Of a stretch of 64,000 nt of DNA, positions 41,346 to 54,801 are shown piece by piece (positions within the stretch are counted from its first letter, which is position 1; each line of letters opens with the position of its first letter). The translations under genes were made by a program, and so were the position numbers. The DNA is from Eledone cirrhosa (Eukaryota). Where the stretch lies: contig OZ024742.1 of assembly GCA_964016885.1 (NCBI GenBank), forward strand, positions 248,930,001-248,994,000. Direction: 5' to 3'. The notes beneath the pieces are model-generated. The model had not been told where the DNA came from and ran no database searches. It saw only the letters and a list, made by a program, of their open reading frames with translations.

Positions 41346-41705
41346 TCTCTTCACTCGGAGAATATAAAATTCGCGAGTTCGAATTACGAACTGGCGCTAT
41401 TCAAAATTGTTCCCGAGATGAGAATGAATGATGTGGAAGCAATTGTGTCCAGTGCCGTGTGCAAAGATAGAAGGCAAATGCGGAAAAGTCAATCTACTAC
41501 CACTAGAAATAGTAGCAGTCAAAACGACCAAATGTTATCTCGACCAAGGGGAGATAATAATAATAAAGTATATATCCCTACACGCAAAATACATATAGGC
41601 ACACATGTATTATCCATCCATATGACAATGTGGTTCTATCGCAGGTTGATAAATTAACGAGCCAGAACATATATAATCAAGGTTTAGCAAATAAGAAAAT
41701 ACATC

Positions 41706-41744
<39 letters not shown>

Positions 41745-41819
41745 GGGGGGGATATAGATGCATGTGTGTGCACGCATATATACGTACATGTGTGTATGTA
41801 TGTGAAAGCAAGTTGGCGC

Positions 41820-41927
<108 letters not shown>

Positions 41928-42065
41928 CATAAACACGTACATAGATACATACATAGATAGATACATACATAGACACATACATAGATACATACACACACAT
42001 ATACATACATACACACAGACATACATAGACATATACTAACATATACATGCATGCATACATACATA

Positions 42066-44249
42066 CACCTAATCAACAAAACTGCGATGTCGGAGGTGCG
42101 ACAACTTAGGAGGAATATGGCTACAGTCTGGCTGGACTACAGGAAAGCTTTCGATTCTGTTCCCCACTATTGGATGATAGAGGCCCTCCAACTTTATAAA
42201 GTCCCAGACATTATTGTCAGAGCCATAGAGAGGCTGTCTTCTTCTTGGGCTACTATCCTAAGACAGAGAGGGAGGACTCTATTTTCACGGATAAAATAAA
42301 ATATCACAGGGGTATATTTCAGGGAGACAGTCTCTCTGTGATAATATTCATCTTGTCATTAAGCCCCTTGTCCTTTCTTCTCAAGAAATGTGAGGGATAC
42401 ATCATTGGCTCACAGGAGGACAGAAATACGAACCTAACCCATAATTTCTTTGTGGATGATCTGAAACTCTATGCTAAGAACATGGATGGGTTGAAGAAAA
42501 ATCTTGACCTGGTTACAAGGTTCTCAAAGAATATAGGAATGTAGTTTGGCCAAGATAAATGCTCATACATGACTGTAAAGATTGATGACAATCTAGCAAC
42601 ATTGTCATCAATGGCCTAACTGTTTCACATATATCTGATGAGGACTGCTACAGATACCTGGGGATAGATGAGAACATATCCTATAATGGTATCTGTAATA
42701 AGGAACGCGTAACCAGGGAATACTACACCCGATTAAGAAAGATTTGGTCATCGGAACTCTCTGCGCAAAACAAAACAGTGGCTCACAATGTGTTTGCTGT
42801 GCCTGTCCTAACACCAACGTTTGGAATACTCAATTGGACGATAGACAAAATCCGAGAAGTTGATGTTGGAATTCGAAAAATACTAAACAACACCGAAACT
42901 TCCACATCAACAGTGACATAGACCGCCTTTACTTGAAACGTAATCAAGGAGGCAGAAGCCTAACATCAGTCCAGACAGCATTTGAATGTCGCATCATATC
43001 CCTCTGACAACATCTACGAACCTCGAAGCGTAGGAACCCGTCCCTCGAGCAAGTCTATCTGCATGAAACAGATAAGATCATGAGAGTTGGGAAGGAACTC
43101 CTCGAGAGATATTCCCTGTGTGATAATCAAAAACTCACACCCAGGGATGTCGCTCAGCAGTATCGCAGTGAATCCATGGATGAAAAACTGCATGCTTATC
43201 AGCAAAAAATCATGCATGGATATGTTGCCAGGAAGCTCCAGAGTGAGAGTAATATAGATAAGGAAAGTAGTCTATCTTGGACCAACAACCGCTATATTGG
43301 CTCCCACTTTGAAGGATATGCTTTTGCAATCCAAGAACAGGAAATTAACACGAAATACCTGATTCACAAAAGAGATAGGGATGCAGACAAAATTCCTACA
43401 TGTGATAATAAGTGCAGACTCTGCAGAACTAACATCGAGGATATCACCCATGCCATCAGCAGCTGTACTATCTACCTATGTCCAAAGATGTCATCGCGGT
43501 ACTATCTACCTTTGAGGCATGATGTAGTGGCCAAAACACTGTACAATGCAGTCCGTAAAAAAGATAGCCCCGATAATAAACACATTAAAAGCTACAGCAA
43601 TGTGGAAGACATCCACGTATATAACATGAAAGAGTACTGGTAGAATGTTCCAGTAAAAACCCCAATAAAATGCAGGCATAACAGACCAGATATTATGATA
43701 TGGGACAGGGAGAAGAAAGCATGCACAGTAGTGGAAATTAGCTGCCCAGCAGATGCCAATAAAATATCAAAGATTAGCGAAAAGGAGAAATTGTATGCAG
43801 AACTGATGAGAAATCTGCAGATACTCCACCCTGATTACACCTTCAGATTTATTCCTGTGATTATTGGAGCACTGGGGTATTTTAGTAACTGCCTCAATAC
43901 AAATCTTGAGAAGCTAGGCTTCACAGGAACAGAAAGAACACAACCAGTTAGGAAATTACAAGTACAATCCATTAATGGAACAATACAAATATGTAAAACA
44001 TTCCAAAAATTTTGCATCTAATAACTGCATATACACATGTACAGATACAAAGCATATACACATGCACACATACAACTCAAAATATACACATCCACACATA
44101 CAATAACATCTATATCTACACATGCATGCATACATACATATCTACCTAGTTGATGTTGTGTAAATTCCAATGAGAAAGTCTTGTGTGTATGTTAGAAACC
44201 GACTCTCTCTCTATTGGTAAAACTTTGTGAAATTATAAAACCAGAAGAA
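42066..44249 (+). mobile_element. 5'-truncated R4/Dong-clade non-LTR retrotransposon (RT, CCHC, RLE endonuclease), inactivated
   Basis: WLDYRKAFDSVPH, RGIFQGDSLS, FFVDDLKLYA, CRLC...ITHAISSC, RHDVVAK, NRPDIMIWD...VEISCP, PVIIGALG. Stop at 44021, several frameshifts and stops. Both ends abut (CATA)n. Confidence 0.93.
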
Positions 44250-46945
44250 CATACATTCATACATACATACAGCCAGCCAGTCAGCCAGCCATTCAGACAG
44301 ACAGATAGGCATACATAAATACATACATACATACAAATATGCAAACATGCATACATACAAATATACACACATATATACATACATATATACATACACACAT
44401 ATATACATACTAAACATATCACCCTACATCCTTAAAAGTGTCACATATGTTAGAGTAAACCTAGTTATAGTAGTGGGATGATCACTGTTGGAACGTAATT
44501 TACTATAATTCTGCTGGCCTAGAGTTAAACTGAGATAAAACGTTCAAGAAACAGACCATACACACTTATTAAAATAATTGAAGGGTTCATTAAATGTTGT
44601 AGTCCTAGATACACTATGTCAGAGTATATGGTCATTGATGAAACATATTATAGTTGACGAAAGGTTACCACTAACATTGAAGAACACAATAGATAATATA
44701 GTCTAAGATACACTGTGCCTATATAAGTGTGAAAGTGTATGGTTTTGTGGCTGGAGCGTCGATCTTACAATTGTGAGCTTGTGAGTTCTATTCTCGGACC
44801 TGGTGATGCACTGTTTTCTTAAGCAAGATACTTTATTTCATGTTGCTCAGTAGTAAACAAGTGTTGTGATGTCACTGATGCCAAGCTATATCAACCATTG
44901 TCTTTCCCTCGGACATCAATGACGTGGAGAGGAGAGGCTGGTATCCTTGCCTGGATTTGGGTCACGGAGGGGAACTTTTTAGGTGCAAATCTCATGGACA
45001 TTCGTGACCGAAGGGGGTTTTTATCGTTTACCCTTATATAAGAGATGTTATAATCATTGATGGAACATATTCGATCATTTCATTCAAAGCCTGACTTAGG
45101 GCTAAACAATATCAAACAATCCACAAACTACCATCACAACAACAATTTAAAACAGGAACAAAAGTAAAGCTTTAAACAGTAACAACAATGACAACAGCAA
45201 TGATAACATTAACAACAATAAACAAACATCAACATTTTTTCAAATCACATTTTTTTTGTATATTTATTTTCACTATCGATTTTAATGTTTAAAATATTTT
45301 AATTGAATTTATCAACAAATGTTCATTAGACAGTCGAAATTTCGTTGTAGTTATTAGCATTGATGATGTTGTTATTGTTGTTGTTGTTATAGTAGTGGTA
45401 GTGGTATTGATGGCGATGAAGCTGATTTTTCTTTCTTGTTGTGTAGTAATAACAGTTTTGTTGTCCTTATTATGATTTTGTTATCATCGGTATGGTGGTG
45501 ACGGCGATTTTAAAGCTTTTGTCGTCGCCATCATTGTCGATGCTATCTGTTGTTGTTGTTATTGTTGTTGTTGTCATTATTGTAGTTGTGGTGATGATGG
45601 TTGCGCTGGTGAATTTGTTGTAACTAATTTTGTTGTTTTAGTGAAAGTTGTAACTGTGGTGATGATGAAGCATCCTATATTTGTTGTTGCTTTTATTGTC
45701 GTTGCCTTTGTTGTAGTTGTTCATCATCTTCTTCTTCTTCTTCTTCTTCTTCTTCTTCTTCTTCTTCTTCTTCTTCTTCTTCTTCTTCTGCTTCTTCTTG
45801 TTAAAACCATATCTGTGCTGACGACTGCGCTGTTCTTTGTTTCACTGAAATCTGTTTCGAAATGGTCCGATTAACCTCGGTTATAATTAAATCGTTTACA
45901 TTCTTGCTACTGCTACTGTTGCTGATGCTGCTATTACTTCTGATGTCTTTATTGCTACTACTCGTGCTTTTTCTGATATTGTTGTTATAGTTGTTTGTTA
46001 TTGTTAAACAACGTTATAATCATTTACAATGAATATGTCGATAATTGATACACAACAGGCATTTATGATATGGAATATGATGTCAGACATATTTTCTGTT
46101 ATCTAATGGTCTGTCTGTATGTTAGAGATTCATCGTATTTTCTTTTTTAATATGATACGTTTGAGTACCAGAAGGCTTTTTCTTGAAGCAGTGAATTTTG
46201 GTGGTTATATGCATATTGTGAAGCCTTAGTACGTAATTGTGCGTCCATGTATACTTTGTCAGATCTAGCGTGGGTTAATTTGATACAATCTTTGTTGTTG
46301 TCATTGGTGGTATGGAGGTGTTGTTATTGGTGGTGGTGGTAGGACTCTTGTCATCGTTGTGGATACTTGTGGTTATTATATGTTACTATCTTTTTAATTC
46401 TTCAAACAGTTCTTATTTACCTGTATGTTCTCAACAATGGCAGTGAATTAGCAGAATCATTATAACATCAATCTAAATGCTTTGGTAATTATTCCGGCTA
46501 TCTGTGCTACGAGTATAAATCCCACCGAGGTCAATTTTTGCCTTTCATCCTTTCGGGACTGATACATAAAATACAAGTCCATGAGCGGAAGATTGGCGGA
46601 ATTGTTAAAGAGTTGGATGGAATGATTTTGAATAGCTCTTCTGACTTTGTTTCGTACTGAATTCAGAACATGCTTCCTGAAATTGGGGAAGCGGTGCCAG
46701 TTATGCCAAGAGTTGTGACTAACAGATATTATCAACAACGCAAAAGTATGTAAAAAAAAATTGTCCATAATCCACTTTAAATATCGGCTCCTTCACTTTT
46801 TTATTCACATATCTACTATCAATACCAACATACCTCACTCCCTTTCTTAACTGTCAGTCTTTCACACCCAAATTTAACGAAATATAGGCTTATAAGGTCC
46901 TACTGGGGCAGATTCATACATTTATTATTAATGGAATATTTTCAG

Positions 46946-47147
46946 GAGTCCGCGAAGAAAGTAAACAACGGTGTCATTTCGCAGACATATATGTCGGTAA
47001 ATGGATGTTATATGAAGAAGAGTATAGTGAAAAGGTGATCATCAACAGAACACATATTAGTTTCTCCAAGTTAGGATCATTCAGATGTGAAGAATTAAAC
47101 CCATATAAAGAGAAATACAAAGTGTCCTCAGTCTTCCCTAATGGATG
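46946..47147 (+). CDS. Exon D: GVREESKQRCHFADIYVGKWMLYEEEYSEKVIINRTHISFSKLGSFRCEELNPYKEKYKVSSVFPNG(C)
   Basis: TTTTCAG acceptor and TG|GTAAGT donor. 202 nt, phase 1->2, open frame with a C-x-F...G-x-W motif. Confidence 0.9.
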
Positions 47148-47323
47148 GTAAGTACCACGATTCATTTCCTCATTTATTCTTTTTGTCCTTTACGCTTAAT
47201 TTTCTATTTCGTTTCTTTTCTTGTTCTATTAACTTTTCATTCCTTTCTAGTGAAGATATACGATATAAATGTTTCCCATCAGAAAATTAAGTATATAGAA
47301 GTCTATCAAAAAGAAGAATATAT

Positions 47324-47396
<73 letters not shown>

Positions 47397-47707
47397 AGAT
47401 GTTATAGTTTGCTTGAAGCATTGTATATAATATATAACTATGAAAGAGATAGATGGCTAAACAATGCAAAATGGACTGTAAGATGAGGTAACAAAAAGTA
47501 AAAGTTACCTGGTAATCTTTGTTGTTGTTGTTGTTCTTCTTCTTTTATCTGGCCAATATTTTGGGACCTAAAAGTCCTTTCATCAGGGTTTAAGTAACCT
47601 TCAGTGGATAACGTTCCAATTTCTAAGTCATTTTCAAGCGTTTTTCGATAGTTACTTCGAGTTACACGTGAATGACGTCAATTGCCAATATATATATATA
47701 TATATAT

Positions 47708-47877
47708 GTTGGTAAACGGAAAAGAAAATGCTGACAAATTGTTCACAATGAAAAATAGTGAGAATTAGTAATAGTATTGGTTAGTATTCAGTTTTGGTTT
47801 TAAGTTTTACCGGTTGCGCATTTCTAATGCTTTTCAAAAATAATTTTGAGATAGAACGTCCGTGATGTTTGCTCTAA

Positions 47878-47883
<6 letters not shown>
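47708..47883. repeat. TA-flanked dispersed repeat with an inverted copy at 58963-59166
   Basis: Shared CCGGTTGCGCATTTCTAATGCTTTTCAAAAATAATTTTGAGATAG in opposite orientations. Confidence 0.85.
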
Positions 47884-47937
<54 letters not shown>

Positions 47938-48102
47938 GCGACCTGTGCTTGGAGAAAACAACACAAAGCTTCAGCATTGAACATATAGAAAATTCGAAAT
48001 AACAGAAATAAACTTACCCCGGAGTAAACAGCCACGCCTGCGTACTTTGTTGAGTGCTCTACATGGCATACTGAAGTGTCGGTAATTAATCAACACATAC
48101 TC

Positions 48103-48146
<44 letters not shown>

Positions 48147-48830
48147 CTGAAACCTGGACATATGTAGGAATGTCTGACAGCCGGTTTAAAAGCCGTTTCC
48201 TGAACTACGAAACAACCTTCAGACATCCTGAAAAAAGACATACAACTCAGTTCGTGTCCCATGTGTGGAAACACAAAAACAATGCCAAAGCGTTCTCCAT
48301 TAAATGGAGGATACTGGCAAGATCTACTCGCTGTGTCAATGGGACGAACTGTTGCTAGCTGTGTAACACATAGATGTAGAATATACTATATCATTGGCTT
48401 TAGCAAAACGCTGTTTAAATACCCGTCTCAATTGCTTTAGTCGCTGTCCTCATGAAGCAAAATTCATTCTAGAAAAATGGTATGGACTGAAGAAATTGAA
48501 ATTATTTTCTTCGTCTTTTCATCTAAACTCCTGGGCTTCGTGTTTAACACAAGTTGCCTCCCTTTTTTTATACTTGACTCCCTATACATTTTCAAGGGAT
48601 TTGTCATTTATGCATAAATTCGAGAAAACGTATCCGTACAGCTCTTCTATACTTTCTAACACCTCAATGGGTGAAGCCATGTTTATTCATATGACAAGTT
48701 GAATATGTTGGGGTGAATAACACAACGAAACTCAAGTTCATATACATGTTGTGATTAATTATATTTAACTCGTCCTATTGATTGGATGCTCTTACTCTTG
48801 ATTATTTATACAAAAGCATATATATATATA
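48147..48830 (+). mobile_element. 5'-truncated PLE: GIY-YIG endonuclease remnant plus 3' region (second Hydra-like family)
   Basis: TYVGMSDSRFKSRFLNYETTFRHPEKR...HVWKHK...IKWRIL...C*LC...LNTR...RCPHEAKFIL, with stops and frameshifts; flanked by (TA)n. Confidence 0.85.
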
Positions 48831-48895
48831 TATATATATACAAATACACTCTGCTTAATAATTAACCTTTTTCTTCCTTCGATTTATTATTTCAG

Positions 48896-48960
48896 TTCTC
48901 AGCGTTATACTTGCATAGAATTCAATCGCAGAAATAATAACTTACTGCAGTATAGGATAG
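48896..48960 (+). CDS. Exon E: (C)SQRYTCIEFNRRNNNLLQYRI(G)
   Basis: TTATTTCAG acceptor and AG|GTGAGT donor. 65 nt, phase 2->1; completes the split TG|T cysteine codon of exon D. Confidence 0.9.
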
Positions 48961-49071
48961 GTGAGTATCGTTGTAACTCTGAATGTTGTTGTTACACTGA
49001 GTGTTGTTTTTATTCTAAGCATCGATGTATTCCTGCAACTTCTAAATGCTTGTTCTATAGATATATATACA

Positions 49072-49118
<47 letters not shown>

Positions 49119-49121
<3 letters not shown>

Positions 49122-49375
49122 TCGTTTTTGAAGCCTCAACAATGCAGATGGGTAAATCTCCGGGTAACAGAATCCGGTGGTGAAGAGAGAGATGTAAGAG
49201 GAAATGTAGAATGAGATGTATAGTGTGTAGAGGACCGTTATTATTTTTATTTTTTCGCTCTTTCCTACGTTCCTCTACACACTATACATCTCATTCTTAC
49301 ATCTCTCTCCTCACCACCGGATTCTGTTACCCGTATATTTACCCATCTGCATTGTTGAGGCTTCCAAAACGACCA
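49119..49375. repeat. Foldback with ~105-115-bp arms starting at (TA)n
   Basis: TGGTCGTTTTTGAAGCCTCAACAATGCAGATGGGTAAAT... and its reverse complement ending ...GGCTTCCAAAACGACCA. Confidence 0.9.
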
Positions 49376-49557
49376 GATTTTTTATTATTCCACAATGCTT
49401 CAAGCAAACTTCAATACTCTCTTAGATATATATTTAAAATATGATTCCAGTTCCTCGGAGGACTAACAACACACCAAGGAGCTGGACATGTCCATGTATT
49501 GACAGAGTGGAACACATTTCAACAACATGTTTACCTTCCTTTTCCACATTAATTTGG

Positions 49558-49613
49558 ACTGCCTGAAGAGGTCACAGCCAATAATAGCTGTCACCGAAAT
49601 ATATATATAGCAG
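49558..49613 (+). ncRNA. Type I hammerhead ribozyme, family 1
   Basis: ACTGC-CTGAAGA-GGTCACAGCCA(ATAA)TAGCTGTCACC-GAAA-TATATATA-TA^GCAG, inside a ~310-bp cassette (49440-49755) homologous to 2965-3190. Confidence 0.88.
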
Positions 49614-49750
49614 AGAATTTATAATATGCGAAACCAAATTTTACATGTTTGACTTACTTATTTTTTACATTACTCCGGAGTAAACAAACCAATCTGCGTA
49701 CTTCGTCGAGTGCATACTGAGGTGTCGGTAAACAACCAACCCAACATATA

Positions 49751-49800
<50 letters not shown>

Positions 49801-49955
49801 TATATATATAAGTATATGTTGGTTGTATATGTTGGTTTTATATATATATATATATATATAAACGTTTCCACGAACCAAAGTATTGTCTTCCTGTGTTCCT
49901 CCGGTTGTAACGTTTTTTGAAATATCCACTTCTGCGTTTACAGATTGACTTTGTT

Positions 49956-50006
49956 AGTTTCAGAAGATCCCGTTAAGGGTGAAAGCACCGATTCTTTGCT
50001 TAAACT
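49956..50006 (+). ncRNA. Hammerhead-like motif, family 3 (CAGAAGA core variant)
   Basis: AGTTT-CAGAAGA-TCCC(GTTAA)GGGT-GAAA-GCA(CCGATTCTT)TGC-TT^AAACT; the cassette is flanked by (TA)n on both sides. Confidence 0.72.
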
Positions 50007-50030
50007 TTAATCTGTTATTTTAATAAATAA

Positions 50031-50129
<99 letters not shown>

Positions 50130-50130
50130 C

Positions 50131-50169
<39 letters not shown>

Positions 50170-50170
<1 letters not shown>

Positions 50171-50377
50171 GTGAAAGCATGTGGCAGAGTGGTTAGAGAT
50201 TTAGATTCTCAATCGTGAGATTGTGAGTTCGATTCCCGGGCGATGCGATATGTCATTGAGCAAGACACTTTATTTCACCTTCTACCTGGAGTTGCGACCG
50301 ATAGTAAGTATTGGCAACTGGAAAGACCAATGCAAACATTGTTTCCTCGGACCGATTTGACAAAAGTCGATCGTTCC
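50170..50377 (+). mobile_element. SINE family B copy
   Basis: Same head, CORE-like block and tail (CTTCTACCTGGAGTTGCGA...CCGATTTGAC) as 36761-36978. Confidence 0.85.
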
Positions 50378-50786
50378 TGATATATATATATATATATATG
50401 TGTGTGTGTATGTATGCTGTGAAGAAAAGGAAACTGTCGTCATCTCTTGTGTCAGCGTTCCTCATTTATGCATGTACGTATGTATGTATGTATGTATGCA
50501 TGTACGTATGTATGCATACATAAATATATATAGGCATTGAAATTAGAATTAAAAGCGCAGTGTGTATTGACTACAGACTACAGAAAATAGTCTAATATTA
50601 GAGCATATGGGCTCCATTAACGGGGAAAATTGGCATTAGCCCACGGCGGCTAATACCCATTTTTTCCTGTTATTTGAGTTCATATTTGACTAGTTTCTGT
50701 CGTTAATAAATATGAAATGTAATTCTATTCTCAAAAACGTCAATCACCAGGATATTTATGGTTTGAACAGAACTTTGATTCATCTG

Positions 50787-50848
<62 letters not shown>

Positions 50849-50897
50849 GTACATTTATTGTATTCACCCATGTAGAGCGAAATTTTCTTTTATATAA

Positions 50898-50953
<56 letters not shown>

Positions 50954-51387
50954 CAGATGAATCAAAGTTCTGTTCAAACCATTTATTAGATTGCAATTAT
51001 TTCGTCCAAACCGAGGTTTGGAGTCTTCGAACCAATTTTTCAATGATTGTTTACATACATGACCTCCTTTCCAACACAAGAGACATACACAAACATATGT
51101 ATATATCGATGCACATTATAATATTTTTGCATAGCAATTTAAATTCAAAAATTAAAATCATATTAAAGCAAAATTAAAGTTAAAATACAACATCGGCAGT
51201 TTACGAAGATAATGTTAGTCAGTTGAAGTAGTTAGTGCATGCAATAGTTACACGGGGCGAATTTAAATTGCCATGCAAAAATATTATAATGGATGTCACT
51301 CCACTGTGCATCGATATATACATATGTTTCTGTATGTCTCTTGTGTTGGAAAGGAGGTCATCTATGTAAACAATCATTGAAAAAGTT

Positions 51388-51432
51388 GCTCCGAAGACTC
51401 CAAACATCGGTTTGGACGGAACAATTGTAAGC
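51388..51432 (+). ncRNA. Degenerate hammerhead motif, family 8 (inverted partner at 50989-51033, minus strand)
   Basis: GCT-CCGAAGA-CTCCAAAC(ATCG)GTTTGGAC-GGAA-CAATTG-TA^AGC. The partner reads TCGAAGA...GAAA-TAATTG. Both copies carry core mutations. Confidence 0.6.
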
Positions 51433-52196
51433 TAATAAATGGTTTGAAGAGAACTTTGATTCATGTGATTTCTATATAACTGCTCTGTAGAACAACTGAT
51501 GTTATTACATTGAGCTATTTATCTTACTGGTAATAAGGTAGTAATAAATTACTGTATTTCACTGTTTAGGGTTTAAAATATATATAACTATAAAAAGTTT
51601 AGTATATTCATAACCATATATAGTATCCTTAATACTATATATATAGATATGGATGCGATTAAGTGTCTTATGAACAGTGGTTTAGTTTTGATAGGTTATG
51701 TGGTAAGCCATCTGTTATGGCAATGAGTGTTCTTCCAGTTGATTCGATCCACGAACACGAAACAGCCTGCTCGTGAAATTACCTGCAAGTCGCTCAGCTT
51801 ACCACAAACGCGTGTATCCTTAACGTTAGGGAGTGTGTGTGTGTGAGAGAGAGAACAAGATTGACCATAAACACAACACTACCGTAAAAAATAACGACAT
51901 GGTCTGTTAATTACCAAAATGTTAGTTAGTTGTACTTTTCGTCCCCGGCAAGATGAGAATTGAACTCAAAACGATAAAAAGGACCTAATTTAATACTATA
52001 GGTTATTTAGTCTAATATTCTATATTTTGCCCTATTACAGCTCCCCATATCCCCGGAGTGATAGTGTATAGGATATACAAAGAACAGCTACACAACATGA
52101 CCATACACAGGTTGCATCAGGTTGGAGTAGTGGGGCGCTTATCCTTCATTGAATATCTAATTGAGAATATTTATGACGGTCGCCCTTTAAGATATA

Positions 52197-54028
52197 CTAG
52201 CAGATTTACCCGGCGATGCTCGGGGTTTGAAATTATGCTAAGAACCTGTCAAAATAAGCAGAAATCTTCAATAATTAATGCAAACGAATATTTAGTGCAC
52301 TCTTTGTACACATAAAACTATGTTGATAATGAAGGAAAACACTGAACAGGATGTAGTTATACAAATGATTAAAGACAATACACGTTGCAAATCTGTATAA
52401 AAACAGGCAGTTTTGCTAAAGTACAAAAAGTTGTAATGAAAGCAGAGTTGTATACAAACAAAAAAACAATGAGAGTAGAATAAGAGAAAATCTATTCTTT
52501 GAGAGCATCCTCTGCTGTGTATGGTTACATTTTGAACTTGTAATCCAAAATATCCTGCATGACATATTCATTGGTATGTTTTGTAATGAGTAAGGTGAAG
52601 TCAAGGCAGAGCTGTAATCATTTTTTTTGTTAACACTAAAACACTTCAGGATAGACGATATTCTTTGTTTTTCTTTTCGGAACAAACGCAAAGAGATTAT
52701 CTCGACTGCCAACTCGTGAGCAGGCAACGTAGAATTGTCCGTGCGAAAAGCAAGGTTCATCCAAGTGAATTCCAGTGACAGACAGAGTTTGACCTTGCGA
52801 CTTGTTTATGGACATCGCAAAGGCAACATGAAGGGGAAATTGGGTTCGGCGAAAGGAGAAGGGAGTATCCACGCCTGATGGAGTCAGGCTAATTTTTGTT
52901 ATTATCACATCCTCGCCTTTTCCACATCCGGATAGAATGGTAGCGTCAATACTAAGTGGAGACAGTTTTTTAACCACAAGGCGTGTACCATTGCATAGTT
53001 TTGGAGGAGTGATATTTCTCAGCAAAATAACTGGCGTTCCCTCTTTCAGAACCAATGTATTAGGAGGTAAACCAGGAGGATTTAAAGAATTTAGAAATTC
53101 AACTGGATAGTTGACCGCATCCTCTGGATCACATACAGTATCAATAGATTTATATATCCGTGGACATCCAGGAAGAATACTGTTCAGTATGTTCCTTCAT
53201 TGTCAAAAAAGTTTGATGTGTACGAATACAGCTGGAAGGATAGATAATGCCTGCCTCAAATGTGGACGAAATTACTTTTAAAATGTAAAAGCTGTAGGTC
53301 CCAATGGTTTGAATGGAAAGTCTCATAATGATTGTTCTAAAAATAAACACACCATCATAAACATTTCGTCAATTCGAGACTGCTGCGAGATTAGGCCCTT
53401 ACCGCGAAAATTAACACATAATATAGTGAAACAAGTTAAAACAACAAGTGTTTTTTAAATTTGAAAGTGCAACAAATTTTTTTTGTATCAACATGGCTTA
53501 TGAAAGTTTTAAAAATGTAAAAGTTGTAGGTTCCAATGATTTGAATGGAAAGTCTAATAACGATTGTTCTAAAAATAAATAAACCATCATCAAAATCTCG
53601 TCAATTCGAGTGAAACAAGTTAAAACAACAAGTGTTTTTTTAACTTTGAAAGTGAAACAAAGAATAAACAAGAAACAAACGATAATATTAGTGATTTATC
53701 TTCAAATGAATCTGATGTTTATATGTCTGAAATTTCGTCCGGTGATGATTGTTGTTTTAAAATTGAAAACGAACGTTTCCATATCTCACTGTTTTTATAA
53801 GGATTGTCAATAAAGTTGGTTATCTCCCTTACATCAATTTTGCTACCGATAATTTTGATATCGATTTTTTATTGCTCAACGTGAGTCGATTTTGTGATGT
53901 GACCATCTTAGTGACCTGTGCAATGTGCACAGAAAATTTGGTCAAATTCGGTTAGTAACTGTAAAAGCCTTAGGTATCCAAAGTTGTACACACACACACA
54001 CACATCCTCGCTTTGATATATATAAAGA
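52197..54028 (-). mobile_element. Non-autonomous Helitron (~1.83 kb)
   Basis: Minus strand A|TCTTTATATATATC 5' end; 3' hairpin CCCGAGCATCGCCGGG, then 8 nt, then CTAG|T. Carries a Pif1-like helicase C-terminus and an internal tandem duplication (~53280-53460 / 53510-53660). Confidence 0.88.
52636..53150 (-). pseudogene. Helitron RepHel Pif1-like helicase C-terminal fragment
   Basis: YPVEFLNSLNPPGLPP...LLRNITPPKLCNGTRL...RTQFPLHVAFAMSINKSQGQTL...FSHGQFYVACSRV...TKNIVYPEVF*. Confidence 0.93.
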
Positions 54029-54209
54029 TATATATATATATAACAACACAATTAATTAGACCACATAAACATCTAAATGCATATATGCATACGTATATAT
54101 ATACATGTGTGTGTGTATGTGTGTGTATGTATATATATTTATTTATATATATATATACATACGCACACATATACAAACAGTGAAACAGACAGGCATACAA
54201 ACACTCACA

Positions 54210-54344
<135 letters not shown>

Positions 54345-54521
54345 CACACACACACACTCGTTAAATATAATTTATTTTCATTAAACATTTATATCGCAAC
54401 ACATAAAATGAATAGTCGCCATGTTTACAGAAGTATATAGAGTTTGATAACGGTGTGTATTTATAATGTGTATACACCAAGGTCAACTAGATTACCACAA
54501 ATATTATGAGTGTGTATATAT

Positions 54522-54565
<44 letters not shown>

Positions 54566-54732
54566 GAGAGAGAGAGAGAGAGAGAGAGTGAGTGTATGTG
54601 TGTCTGTGTACGTGTATGTGACTGTGTGTATGTATGTGCATGTGTATTTCATTGTGGCAAGTAAGTGTATGTGTGAAAGATAGAATCTCAATTGGAGTTT
54701 GTAGATGTGATGTGAATGGGTTGAATATACAT

Positions 54733-54801
<69 letters not shown>

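Noticed and set aside
47545-47592. Minus-strand CTGATGA-AAGGAC..GTCC possible hammerhead
   Set aside because: GAAA is replaced by CAAAA and stems I and III do not close; at best a decayed relic.
52041-52121. Candidate exon after TTACAG
   Set aside because: Weak donor, and exons E and F already join in frame without it.
52636-53055. Host PIF1 helicase gene
   Set aside because: Intronless C-terminal fragment enclosed by Helitron termini.
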